From the NCBI RefSeq assembly GCF_963921235.1, contig NC_086108.1:110114001-110178000 (forward strand): 64,000 nucleotides of DNA. The letters are read 5' to 3'. Under the pieces are notes generated by a model. The model did no database searches. It had not been told where the DNA came from and was given only the letters and a program-made list of their open reading frames with translations. The DNA is from Mobula hypostoma (lineage: Eukaryota). Position 1 is the first letter of the stretch; each line of letters opens with the position of its first letter. Shown here piece by piece: positions 49,595 to 61,810 of this stretch. Both the position numbers and the translations under genes were made by a program.

Positions 49595-52500
49595 AACTTA
49601 TACTTTATACTTTATTGTCGCCAAACAATTGGTACCAGAACGTACAATCATCACAGCAATATTTGATTTTGTGTTTCACACTCCCTGGATTACAAATATT
49701 AAATATTAAAAATAGTTAAAATTAGTAAATATTAAAAATTTAAATTATAAATCATAAATAGAAAATAGAAAAATGGAAAGTAAGGTAGTGCAAAAAAACC
49801 GAGCGGCAGGTCCGCATATTTGGAGGGTACGGCCCAGGTCCAGGTCAGGATCTGTTCAGCAGTCTTATCACAGTTGGAAAGAAGCCGTTCCCAAATCTGG
49901 CCGTGCGTGTCTTCAAGCTCCTGAACCTTCTCCCGGAGGGAAGAGGGACGAAAAGTCTGTTGGCTGGGTGGGTCGTGTCCTTGATTATCCTGGCAGCACT
50001 GATCTGACAGCGTGCAGTGTAAAATGAGTCCATGGATGGAAGATTTGTTTGTGTGATGTGCTGCACTGTGTTCACGACTTTCTGCAGCTTCTTTTGGTCA
50101 TGGACAGGATAACTTCCATACCAGGTTGTGATGCATCTTAGAAGAATGCTTTCTACAGTGCATCTATAAAAATTAGTGAGGGTTCCCATAACATAGCAGG
50201 TGGTAGAATAGGAAAAGAGGGAAATTTTTCCTTGACAAAGTGGCGAATCTGCAGGTATTTAAAAAAATGATTATGCGGAAGGCCATACTTACCGCGCAGG
50301 TTATCAAAACTATCAAATATGTTATCAGTATACAAATCCTTAATGCGCATAAGACCATTCAAACCCCATTGTCTAAAAGCTGAATCGAATGTGGAGGGAG
50401 GAAATAAATGGTTTTTATGAATGGGGTCCAAAACTGAAGCTGATATGAACTTATAGTGGCAGCGAAATTGATTAAAAATTTTGAGGGTAGAGAGCACGAC
50501 CGGGTTAGATGTGAATTGAGAGGATTTCAATGGTAAGGAAGAATACACCAAAGCTGGGAGAGACGAGGAGTGGCAAGACCGTGACTCAAGCAGGCACCAG
50601 ATTATATCTGGCCGGTGAAGCCAAAATAATACTTTTTGAATGTTCGATGCCCAGTAATAATGAATAAAGCTGGGAAGACCCATTCCACCTATGTCACGAC
50701 CTCTTTGAAGAATGCGCTTATTAACCCTTGGGACCTTATTTTCCCAAATAAAGGAGGTTATAGCTTGATCAACTGATTTAAAAAATAACTTAGATAAGAA
50801 AACTGGCAAACACTGAAACAAATAGAGAAATCTAGGAAGTATAGTCATTTTCACTGACTGAATTCTCCCAGTTATAGTAAGGGGTAAACGGCGCCATCTC
50901 TCGAAATCAGCCTTCATTTGGCTAACCTGAGGCCTGTAGTTAGCTTCAAACAGAGATGTAAAAGAGCAAGTAATATGTATTCCTAGGTATACAAAACCAT
51001 CTTGAGATAAAGGAAAGGGCAAGGATTCCTGTCGGATCTGTAGGGCCAAGTTATTAATGGGAAAGCATTTGCTTTTTTGAAAGTTCAGTTTATAGCCAGA
51101 GAAGGCTCCAAATTGACCTAATAATGACACAATAGCAGGACTACTACCTGTAGGGTCGCTAACATAAAGTAAGAGGTCATCAGCATATAGGGAAACACGG
51201 TGTTCCATGTCCCCTCTTATAACACCTTGAAATAATGTAGTTGACTTAATTGCAATAGAAAGAGGCTCAATTGCAATTGCAAAAAGAAGAGGGGACAGTG
51301 GGCAGCCTTGGCGAGTGCCACGTTTTAATGGGAAATAGCCAGATCGAAAATAATTTGTCTGTATACACGCTGAAGCTATAAATATTCTGCCAAATCCAAA
51401 TTTCTCCAAAACACTAAATAAGTATACCCATTCCACTCTATCAAATGCCTTCTCCGCGTCCAAGGCGATAACAACCTCTGGACTTGGAGAATCACTCAGT
51501 GAATAAACCACATCAGCCAGTCGACGGATATTAAAAAAAGAATAGCGATTTTTAATAAAACCTGTTTGATCATCTGAAATTATCTTGGGAAGGGGATGTT
51601 CTAAACGACATGCAAGCACTTTAGCCAAAATTTTCACATCTACATTCAAAAGTGAAATGGGGCGATATGATCCACATTGAGTCGGGTCCTTGTCCTTTTT
51701 AAGAAGTAGTGAAATAGCTGCCTGTGAAAGAGAAGGGGGTAAGGAGCCATTCTCCAAGGATTCCTGAAACACTTCTAGAAGGACCGGTGTGAGCTTATCC
51801 TTAAATTTCTTATAAAATTCTATTGGATAACCATCAGGACCTGGGGACTTACCACTCTGCATAGCCATAATGGCATTATTAATCTCTTCCTGCCCAAGAG
51901 CCCGATCTAGGTTCTCCACTTCCTCTGGTTCAAGAGTTGGTATTTCCAAATTATCTAAAAAACATTCCATATTTGTTTTATCTGAGGGGAACTCTGAGGC
52001 ATACAGAGAGGAATAAAAAGTTGCAAAGATGTTATTAATCTCTTTTGGATTGCTTGTCAAGTTCTGGTGCATGTCTCTTACCTGAGGAATAAGTCGTGAT
52101 GCAGCTTGACGTTTCAACTGATGAGCCATAAGCCGGCTTGCCTTGTCACCATATTCATAATAGAGGCCACGTGTCTTAAGAATTAATTGTTCTGATAGGT
52201 TTGTAGATAGAAGATTAAACTTCGCTTGCAAATCAACCCGGCTTTTATATAATTCCGCAGTGGGTGCCTCAGAGTATTTTCTATCCAGGTCCCAAATAGA
52301 TTTCAATAACACTTGCATTTCCTTCCTACGCTCTTTATTGGCATGTGAAGTATAAGATATTATTTGACCCCTCAAGTAAGCTTTTAAAGTTTCCCAAAGT
52401 AAAGAGTACAATACCGACTCAGTTTTGTTAGTCTCGAAGAATGTGTCAATGTTAGCCGATATATAACTACAAAATTTCTCATTAGAAAGCAAAAGGGGGT

Positions 52501-53845
52501 TAAGTCTCCACAGAGGCCGTTCTCTAACGTTTAAAGGAAAACATAGGTCCAGTTTCACGGGCGAGTGATCAGATATAACTATAGCAGTGTATTCAATTTG
52601 TCTAATCATAGGTATCAAGGAATTATCTATAAAGAAATAGTCTAGCCTGGAATAGGAGTGGTGAACATGAGAGAAGAAAGAGAATTGCCTAACTGATGGA
52701 TTCAAAAATCTCCAAGGGTCCATATAACCATTTTGTTGCATAAACATCGAGAAGGCCTTTGCCATACCAGAATATGTTCCCCTAGGGCAAGACCTATCAA
52801 GCAGTGGGTCAATAGCACAGTTCAAATCTCCGGAAAAGATTAGCTTATGTGTATTCAGGTTAGGTATTAATGACAAAACCCTATTTGCAAATTGGACATC
52901 GTCCCAATTAGGAGCATAAACATTTACCAAAATAGCAGGTATCTGAAAGTTCTATTCAAAATGGGGACCTTTCTTATCATATTTTGGGAGTCTTAAGGAA
53001 TTACCTACTAGTTGAGGGCATTTGATTGTACTTAGGAAGTTGCCTCCCATTTAACACACTTATAATTTACCTCACAGGGTGGTTGATGAATTGTAAATAT
53101 GAGTGTATTTTGGATCATCTGACATGTTGCAGATGTGTATGAGCTGTCGTATTGAAGTAGTGTGGGGGTACGGTTGTGAAATGTCCATACTTGTATTTGT
53201 GAATTGTTGTGTTGTAGATATATTAGCTGCCATGATATGTTCGGGGAGGGTGGGTGGGGGGGAGGTTTGTTTTGGGGGTACGATACTAAAGCAAAATGGA
53301 GGAAAATGTAATCCATTATATATTCTGTATTGTGTCATTCCTTCAATAAATTAGTGAGGGTTGAGGGGACAGGCCAAATTTCTTTAGTTTTCTCAGGAAG
53401 TAAAGGCGCTGGTGGGCCTTCTTGGCAGTGAACTCTGCTTGGTTGGACCAAGTCAGGTCATTTGTGATATTGACCTCGAGAAACTTAAAGCTTTTGACCT
53501 GTTCCACTTGCGCACCACCGATGTAAATTGGGTCGTGCGGTCCGTTACTCCTTCTGAAGTCAACAACCAATTCCTTCGTCTTGCTGACGTTGAGGGATAG
53601 GTTATTGTCTTCGCACCATTCCACCAGGTTAATTTCCTCTCTGTACTCAAACTCATCATTACCCGAGATATGGACTACAATTGTGATGTCATCAGCAAAC
53701 TTATATATTGAGTTCGAAGGAAACTTGGCTACACAATCATGGGTGTACAGTGAGTACAGCAGGGGGCTGAGTACACAACCTTGTGGGGCACCGATGCTCA
53801 GAGTGATTGTAGAAGAGAGTTTGTCCCCTATTTTTACAGCCTGGT
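49595..53845 (-). mobile_element. Rex1/Babar LINE 3' part (49595-50184 and 53348-53845) split by an L1 insertion
   Basis: WCEDNNLSLNVSKTKELVVDFR..KKAHQRLYFLRKLKKF|TLTNFYRCTVESIL continues across the L1. Confidence 0.88.
50185..53347. mobile_element. 5'-inverted L1-clade LINE (minus-strand ORF2 segment 50185-~52949, plus-strand 3' end ~52950-53347)
   Basis: 925-aa ORF with endonuclease and RT motifs (YADD); plus-strand KFYSKWGPFLSYF..* followed by 3' UTR and AATAAA; 15-bp TSD AAATTAGTGAGGGTT at 50170-50184 and 53348-53362. Confidence 0.9.
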
Positions 53846-54114
53846 TTTTTACAGTTTTTACCCTTCAACCATCAAGCTCCTGCACCAGAGTGGATAACTT
53901 CGCTCACCTCAACACTGAACTGATTCCCCAATCTTTGGACTCACTTTTAAGGATTATACAACTCAAGCTCTCAGTGCTAAATTTTTATTTGTACTATTTG
54001 TCTTTTTTTGCACATTGATTGTTTGTCAATCTTTGATTATGTATGGTTTTTCATAAAAATTATTGTATTTCTTTATTTCCCTGTATATACCTGCAAGAAA
54101 ATGAATCTCATGTT

Positions 54115-54660
54115 AACATTTTAATTCCACGTCCCATTTCCATTCTGATATGTCTATCCACGGCTTCCTCTACTGTAAAGATGAAGCCACACTCAGGTTG
54201 GAGGAACAACACCTTATATTCCATCTGGGTAACCTCCAACCTGATGGCATGAACATTGACTTCTCAAACTCCCGCTAATGCCCCACCTCCCCCTCGTACC
54301 CCATCCGTTATTTATTTATATACACACATTCTTTTTCTCTCTCTCCTTTTTGTCCCTCTGACTATACCCCTTGCCCATCCTCTGGGCTTCCCCCCACACC
54401 CTTTTCTTTCTCCCTAGGCCTCCTGTCCCATGATCCTCTCATATCTCTTTGCCAATCACCTGTCCAGCTCCTGGCTCCATCCCTCCCCCTCCTGTCTTCT
54501 TCTATCATTTCTGATCTCCCCCTCCCCCTTTTGAATCTCTTACTAGCGCTTCTTTCAGTTAGTCCTGACGAAGGGTCTTGGTCCGAAACGTCGACTGTAC
54601 CTCTTCCAATAGATGCTGCCTGGCCTGCTGCGTTCACCAGCAACTTTTATGTGTGTTGCT
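54115..54660 (+). mobile_element. Penelope-like element 3' end
   Basis: HFNSTSHSHSDMS..RLEEQHLIFHLGNLQPDGMNIDFSN GIY-YIG tail, pyrimidine tract, hammerhead motif. Confidence 0.8.
54561..54596 (+). ncRNA. Minimal type I hammerhead ribozyme (Penelope pseudo-LTR type)
   Basis: AGTC-CTGACGA-A-GGG TCTTGG TCC-GAAA-C-GTC^GACT: intact core, helix I AGTC/GACT, helix II GGG/TCC, palindromic ACGT helix III. Confidence 0.75.
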
Positions 54661-54699
54661 CATGGTAACATATATAGTACATACTTTGATAATAGCAGG

Positions 54700-55240
54700 G
54701 GCTTTATAAAGCATTGGTCAGACCACACATGGTGCATTGTGATCAGTTTTGGGCTGCTTATCTAAGAAAAATTGTGCTGGCATTGGAGAGGGTCCAGAGG
54801 AGGTTCACGAGATTGATTCCAGGAATGAAAGGGTTAACATATGACGGCTTTGGGCTTGTACTCACTGGAATTTAGGAGGATGGGGGGGGAGGGTCTCATT
54901 GAAAGCTATTGAATATTGAAAGGCCGCGATAGAGTGGATGTGGAGATGTTTCCTATAGTGGGGGAGTCTAGGGCCAGAGGATATTCCTTTAGAACAGAGA
55001 TGAGGAGGAAATTCTTTAGGCAGAGGGTGATGAAACTGTGGAACCCATTGTCATGGATGGCTGTGGAGGCCAATTTATTGGGTTGATTTAAAGCATAGGC
55101 TGCTGGGTTCTTGATTCGTCAGGTATTGGGAAGTAGGCAAGAGTGTGAGATTGACAGGGATAATAAATCAGCCATGATGGAATGATGAAAAGATTCAACA
55201 GGCTGAATGGCCAAATATTGCTTCTGTGTCTTATGGTCTA
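54700..55240 (+). mobile_element. CR1 3' fragment
   Basis: LYKALVRPH..LERVQRRFTRLIPGMKG and CR1 tail. Confidence 0.75.
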
Positions 55241-56075
55241 AATTTAATTTTACCTTAAAAGCCTGAAAGAACATAGCGATAGATTTAAAGACAGCTTCTA
55301 TCCCACTGTAATGGTCCCCTAGAAAACATAGAGGATAGCACAATGCTTGTGACTGAGCTTATTTCCCACCGCTGCCTCCGGGTGCTCCGCTTTCCTCCCA
55401 CAGTCCAAAGACGTACCGGTTAGTAGGTTAATTGACCATTGCAACATTGTCCTGTGAATAGGTTAGGGTTAAAGTGGGGGACTGCTGGGCCAGAAGGGCC
55501 TATTCCACTCTGTATCTCAATAAAATAAGGTGGACACGACCCCACAAAGTACCCCTTGCACTCAATTGTCCAGCTGCACTTCACTTTAGTCTGCTTTCTG
55601 CTATTGTTTTCCCTTGTACTAGCTCAACGAACTGTTGTAATGGAATTATCTAGATGGATGGCATGTACAACTAGGTTTTTCACTAATCGCAGTATGTGAC
55701 AATAATATTGCAGTATGTGACAATAATAAATCAACTTACCCTTGATAGTTGTTCTTATTTTACTTATTTAGAGATTTAGTGCATAACAGACCCTTCTGGC
55801 CAAACGAGCCACACGGCCTAGCAACCCACCTACTTAACCGTAGCCTAATTTCAGTACATTTTACAATGACCAATTAACCCACTAACCCGTACATCTTTGG
55901 ACCGTGTGAGGAAAGCGGAGCACCTGCAGGAAACCCACGCATTTCATGGGGAGGACGTACTGTACAAACTCCTTATAGACGGTGTCAGAGCAGAACTCCA
56001 AACTCCAAGCACCCCAAGTTGTAATAGCTTTGTGATAACCGCTAGGTGCACTTGTACAAATCCTTCTTAAATGCA

Positions 56076-56111
56076 AGTCCTGACGAAGGGTCTCGGCCCG
56101 AAACGTCAACT
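56076..56111 (+). ncRNA. Minimal type I hammerhead ribozyme copy
   Basis: AGTC-CTGACGA-A-GGG TCTCGG CCC-GAAA-C-GTC^AACT: intact core, one helix I mismatch. Confidence 0.65.
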
Positions 56112-57227
56112 GTACTTCTTCCTATGGATGCTACTGTGGTAGTGTTCTGTTTCATTTGCGTCAATGACAAATACAGTCTGAGGATGTGCTAGGAGCAGCC
56201 TGTATTTGTTGCCAGGCTTCTGGTTCCAACATAACACCATAAAATATGGGAACAGAATTAAGCCATTTGGCCCAATGAGTCTGCTCCACCATTTCATTAT
56301 TGCTGATCCATTTCCCCCTCAGCCTTTTCCCTGTAACCCTTCATGCCCTGACTTGTAGCATGCCCAGCACTCACTAACCCTAACCTACACACCTTTGGAA
56401 TGTGGGAGGAAATCAGAGCACCTCCAGGGAATATAGATACACACACCAAATATGTTTTGATATAAAATCTGGCAACACAAGAGGTTACTGAAGCTTGAAT
56501 CTGGAGTAACAAACGAAATGTCTTTTTGCCTGTCCCCCAAGTCCTGATGAAGGGTTTTGACCTGAAATTGTTGGTTGTCTGCTGCACTCCAGTGCTCTCT
56601 CAGTGGAAGACAAACTGGATTGAGTTTGTACGTATGTTCATCTGCGGACTTCTGAAGATTGCTTGTTCTTGCCTATCACATCCATATACCATCAACTTAC
56701 AGGATATGTCACTCAGAGACTTGGGCTAAATATATGTGTGACTGGATGTTTACTTGTTATCTTACATGTGCCTTGTGCTGTGTATAACTGTAGACACTGT
56801 ATTCTGCACTTCAGTCCTGGGGTGAGGGGGAGTGGTTAACACTGTCTCATTTGGCTATATTCATATATGGTTGAATGATAATTAAACTTGAACTTGGCAA
56901 GAAACCAGCGCAGGAGAGTTTTTAAAAGTGGAAAAGCCATTACACTTGGGCAGTTCCGCTTTCCTGGCCTTGGAAGTCTAGTGACAGGTGTATTTGTCAC
57001 AAACTGGGGTTTTCCTTGGTTGCAATGGATGACCATGCTTTCTTTCCTCGATGCCTTGACATGCCCTTTGCTCTCCGGGAAGCATTGCCTTCCTGGCCAT
57101 TGCATCACATTCACTGGAGCTGATTTCACATGCTGGGACAGGGATGTTCCTCTCTCACCGGGGTACGAGGCCAGCTGGCTATGCTCAACTTGCTTAGCTC
57201 ACCTGTCGAAGCAGTATACAGGTACCG

Positions 57228-57826
57228 CAGACATCCCACCTCGCCCGGAAGTTCCGGGAGTCTCCTGCAAATTAATAGCGGCTCCCTGATGCCCACAAAT
57301 TATATATAATGTCCCGGAAATGATTTTTTTTTAGAGCGAGCGTGAGAGAGCGCACGGGAGAGCAAGCGCAAGAGCGAGAAAGCGAGTGAGAGTGAGAAAG
57401 CAAGCGCGAGAGCGACCACGAGTGAGAGCGCGCACAATAGAGAGCGAAGGCAAGAGCGAGAGAGTTCCAAAAAAAAGTCAGAGTGGCAGTGTGTTCCAAA
57501 AAAAGAAAATATAAAATGTACGTCACTCCAGACTACCCTAAAGAGTACCCCTGCCTAATAGGGGTCAAAAATAATGACAGTGTTGCTCACTGCACTGTTT
57601 GCAACAGTGACTTTTCTATTGCCCATGATGGGTTAAAATGTAAAAGACATGTTGAGGTGAGATTAACAGGTGTCATTCATTCATTAGCATAGCTAACGTT
57701 ATTTAAACTAGCTGGTTAGCTGCTAAGGAGCTACTCTATTGCAAACATCCCACCTCTCCCGGAAGTCTCCCTGCAAATTGATGGTGTTAACTCCCTGAAA
57801 TGAGTTTTTGCAGGATGGGATGTCTG
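57228..57826 (+). mobile_element. Small hAT-like element inserted in an RTE-related SINE (~56935-57950, minus strand)
   Basis: TIRs CAGACATCCCA / TGGGATGTCTG, flanking GGTACCG duplication, zinc-finger remnant AHCTVCNSDFSIAHDG..KRHVE. Confidence 0.75.
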
Positions 57827-58229
57827 GGTACCGGGGTGTGGCGGCTGCCGCATACAAAGTTGGAGCCAGACTAGTAAAGAACAAAAGTGAGTGAACTGCC
57901 CCATAATGGACATGGCAAGCCCCCACACCAGAGGTGCCAACCCTCCCTGGGCATACACTTTTCAGCCAGGAATGTCGACAGTTTATTTCCTTCCGTAGAT
58001 GCTGCCAGATCTGCTGAGTTTCCCACGCATTTTGTATGTGGTGTTGTGAATACAGCATCTGCAGTCTCCTCTGTTTATGCAAGGCTGTGAATATTTAATA
58101 ACTAATGTACATAAAATGCTGTATGTAAATATATGTGTGAAAAGTTTTTATAAAAAAGCTTCAGAAGCGACGCTATTTAACAGATACATGAGAATAGATC
58201 ATGTTTAGAGTTGGAGTTTGCAGGGAGGG

Positions 58230-59350
58230 GCTGAGGGCCGGGCACTCTCGCCCCTCCCCCTGCGGAAGTGCCTCCTGTCCCCAGGGGGTGAAGAGCCCAG
58301 AATAGCCCGCGGCTCGCGCCGTTAACGTGGAAACAGCGGCGCAGCGCGCAGATCCAGCTCGTGTCCGCCTGCGCCGCCGAGAAGTAGTGCGGATAACGTT
58401 GTGGGGTCGGATAGAGGCGGCGCGGGCCCGACTGATGCAATGAGCACCGACCCCCAACTCCTATTCCCATTTGACAGGAAAGTCCGAAATAAACACGTCG
58501 GCCGCCGGATAATTAAACCCGTTGGGCGCATTCGGTGACTTTGATCCCTATAAACGGTTTGAGTAGAGGGGGAGGGGACAGAGAGCGCAGTCAAAAGCTG
58601 AAGTCAACCTAACCTGCTTAGCTGCCTGAAGCCCGGCCTCCCGGCTCGTTACATCATCATCGCCCCGCCCACCCCTCAAATCACTTTATAAAAGCCGCAC
58701 TTCCTCACGTGACCTCGCGGCGTTCCTTTTATCCCCCGCGCGCCGCCCTCTCCAGTGACGTCATGCTACGCGTAGTTCTAGGCGAGCCGGGTTCGCGGTG
58801 ATGTCATGGCGCCGCTCTCTTTCGCGCTGTAGCCGGAGAGCGAGCGTGCGCGCGCGCGCGCGGCCCGGCCTAACCAGCGAGCATATTTGTTTGTGTGAGC
58901 GTGTGCGCGCGCGCTCGCGCTCGTGTCACGTCACTTCCGGCAGCGAGTTGGGTTGCGGAGTCGCGGTGAAGGGGCCCGTCGAGCAGACGGAGGGTCGCGG
59001 GGCAGCCGCATCCGACCCGTATGCGCACGGCGGCCGGAGACATCGCTAGTTCCCGCGGATTTACTCTTTCCTCTCTCCGCTTCGCCTTGCGGGCAGTTGT
59101 GTGTGAGTGAGTGAGTGCCTGGGGGGGTGTGGGGGCAACCGAACCAGCCGCCGCAGCAGCAGCAGCAGCCGCCCGCCCACCAGCTTCAGCCGTTGAGCCT
59201 CGGCCCGCTCTGCCGAAGGATGGGAAACGCTGCGACCGCCAAAAAGGGCAACGAGATCGAGAGCGGTGAGTGTGAGGAGGGAGACCACGGGGGCTCATTC
59301 ATTCCCAACCCCCACCCCCTTCCACCCTGCCGGCCAGCCTGGGCCCTACT
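58230..59350. promoter_or_regulatory. CpG-island promoter of the PKA catalytic subunit gene
   Basis: Sharp rise in GC and CpG. TATAAAA 58687-58693, E-box TCACGTGAC 58705-58713, full CRE TGACGTCA 58756-58763, composite CACGTCACTTCCGG (half-CRE/ETS) near 58927-58940, GCGCGC tracts. Confidence 0.85.
59220..59265 (+). CDS. PRKACB: Exon 1 coding part of cAMP-dependent protein kinase catalytic subunit, most likely beta (myristoylated C-beta-1-type N-terminus)
   Basis: MGNAATAKKGNEIES plus G, 46 nt, followed by donor GTGAGT (phase 1). Matches vertebrate PKA C exon 1. AATAKK favours PRKACB over PRKACA but 15 residues are not decisive. Intron 1 extends beyond the window. Confidence 0.88.
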
Positions 59351-61324
59351 GCAATCTGGGCCTGGCCTTGGCAGCACATCTTCTGTCTGTCTGTCTGTCT
59401 GTCTGTGTGTGTGTGGACTCAGACACAAACACTGGCACTCAGACACACCGGCATGAATTGACACAGACGGACACAGGCAGGCACAAAAAGACCGGGGCAA
59501 ATGTAGTTAAGACAAAACCACAACGAAAGGGCATAGCAATAGCAAACTACACAACGTATCCACGAAAACAGACTACAGTGTGCAAACTACACCCTAGAAA
59601 AGGCGCACACCCATGTGCAGGCACTGTGACACCAACAGAGTGCATTACTTTCAATCTACTATTTTCAGTATTCCTTTTAGAAGCATTGTTTGTTCCAATC
59701 CAATTTGTTGACTGCTTTTGGGTTGTAGGACTGTCTGTTTTTAGAAATTAAGTTTTCTTTCAGGAGGTAAGCGTTGATTGTATCTTAAGGCCTAAATGAG
59801 AGTATCAGCGAGCAGAGATTTTCAGATGAGCGTAATTTAGATTTACACTACAAGAAGAGTGATACTTGATTACTACCTGATTGTTTTGATCTATACATTT
59901 CTTTCAGAACCTTTAGTTTCATACCCTTGTAGCTTTTAGACATTGCTATTATTTTAAAACTCCTTTGTATAACTACCTAATTGTTCAAGGTAAGTGAATT
60001 GAGTTGGTTGCTGTCAATCTATTTTTGACAACTTCTGCGCACAACAATGCAGTCATTTGCAATCTGCATATATTTCCATGTGGTTAAAACCGGGTAGGAA
60101 ATCGTTTGAATGTATTGCAAAATATCTTTTGTTATGCCTCAAGTACAGTGAGCTAACTTGTGAAATTCGAACTGTTGAATCTAGCTGAGTGTTGTTTTAT
60201 TACCTGTGTACAGTTTCCACACAATCTCTGTAGAGCCACATTCACAACCAGCAATAAAATGTCCCATGTCATTTTTAAAATAATTCCCTAGTACAATTAG
60301 AAATGAAACTCAGAAAATGTTATGTGTCTGGCTGTCTAAAAAAGTGTTAGTTGTTACGATGGTGATCTATTTTTGGGATGTGGTTTTGCAACGTTAGACT
60401 CTGACCATCTTGTTATCTTTGAAATGTTTAAAGTATTTGGCAAGTTATTGGGAAATGTGAGGACTCTTACCTGCTTTGTTAAGTGATTAATTCTTTGGAA
60501 GTTTTATAATGCTGTCACAAAATGCTAAGCTTTGATGTTTAATGGGATTTTAAACTATCCAAATTATAATCTGTCATCAAACCATTAAATATTTTAATTT
60601 ATTCTACCATTTTGAAGAAAAAATTACATGTAAAGCTTTTTCAAACAAGTAGTTCTTTGCAGTGTATTGCATGATTTATGATGGTTGACTGCACATGGAC
60701 AGGTCAAATGGTGGTAATTTTGGTTCAGTCATTGACCTATTGAGAAGAATATGATCATGCACGAAGCATGGTGTCCCATGGCTGTTGGTGGCTATCACAA
60801 CTTGTATTGCTCTGGAAAGTAGTACAGTGAAAACAAAAAAAAACTTCTATATCTAGACTAATAGAAATGCACACCAGCTAGTAATCTTATTGGACTTGGA
60901 ATTGTTTATTGGCTTTTTTTTTTGTGATGCAATTGGTCATTAATTGTGCATGATAACTTCAATCTATTGTTCTCTTAATAAAATGTTAGATTTCTTAAAA
61001 AAAAGTTTCTAATATTTTAGATGCTCCAATTCCAGCTAGACTTGATGGTTTTGACTGAGTAGACTGGATCTAAATAGGGTTCTTCGTCAATTTTAGATGC
61101 AAGCATATGCATTAGGAATTTTCTCTGGGCACCTTCCCAATGATCAAGTAAGTCCCCTATATATCTGTTTCAACCTGCATTTTTCTGTTGGGGTTACTTG
61201 GAGCTTGTTGAGAAACCCCCAGGAAAATTGTCAGGCAATTCAAATATATCGTCCGTTTAATTCTCTGAGCCTTCTCCATTCAGAGATGGTGTACAGTTAC
61301 GTACTGTGCCTTTGAAGTGTGGGA

Positions 61325-61810
61325 ACATAGAATAGTACAGCACAGTACAGGCCCTTCGGCCCACAATGTTGTGCCAACTCTGCCTCCCATATAACCCCCC
61401 CACCTTAAATTCCTCCATATACCTGTCTAGTAGTCTCTTAAATTTCACTAGTGTATCTCCCTCCACCACCGACTCAGGCAGTGTATTCCATGCACCAACC
61501 ACTCTCTGAGTAAAATACCTTCCTCTAATATCCCCCTTGAACTTCCCATCCCTTACCTTAAAGCCATGTCCTCTTGTACTGAGCAGTGGTGCCCTCCGGA
61601 AGAGGTGCTGGCTGTCCTCTCTATCTATTCCTCTTAATATCTTGTATACCTCTATCATGTCTCCTCTCATCCTCCTTCTCTCCAAAGAGTAAAGTCCTAG
61701 CTCCCTTAATCTCTGATCATAATGCATACTCTCTAAACCAGGCAGCATCCTGGTAAATCTCTGTACCCTTTCCAATGCTTCCATATCCTTCCTATAGTGA
61801 GGTGACCAGA
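61325..61810 (-). mobile_element. CR1 3' fragment in intron 1
   Basis: WSPHYRKDMEALERVQRFTRMLPG..RGDMIEVYKI..FTQRVVGAWNTLP and CR1 tail. Confidence 0.9.

Noticed and set aside
58173..59298. Several 60-140 aa ORFs in the CpG island
   Set aside because: Low-complexity Arg/Ala/Gly-rich translations expected from GC-rich, stop-poor DNA; no recognisable domain.
59115..59751. ORFs 59115-59456 and 59266-59751 as full proteins
   Set aside because: Only 59220-59265 matches PKA-C; the rest is leader or read-through past the GTGAGT donor into intron 1.
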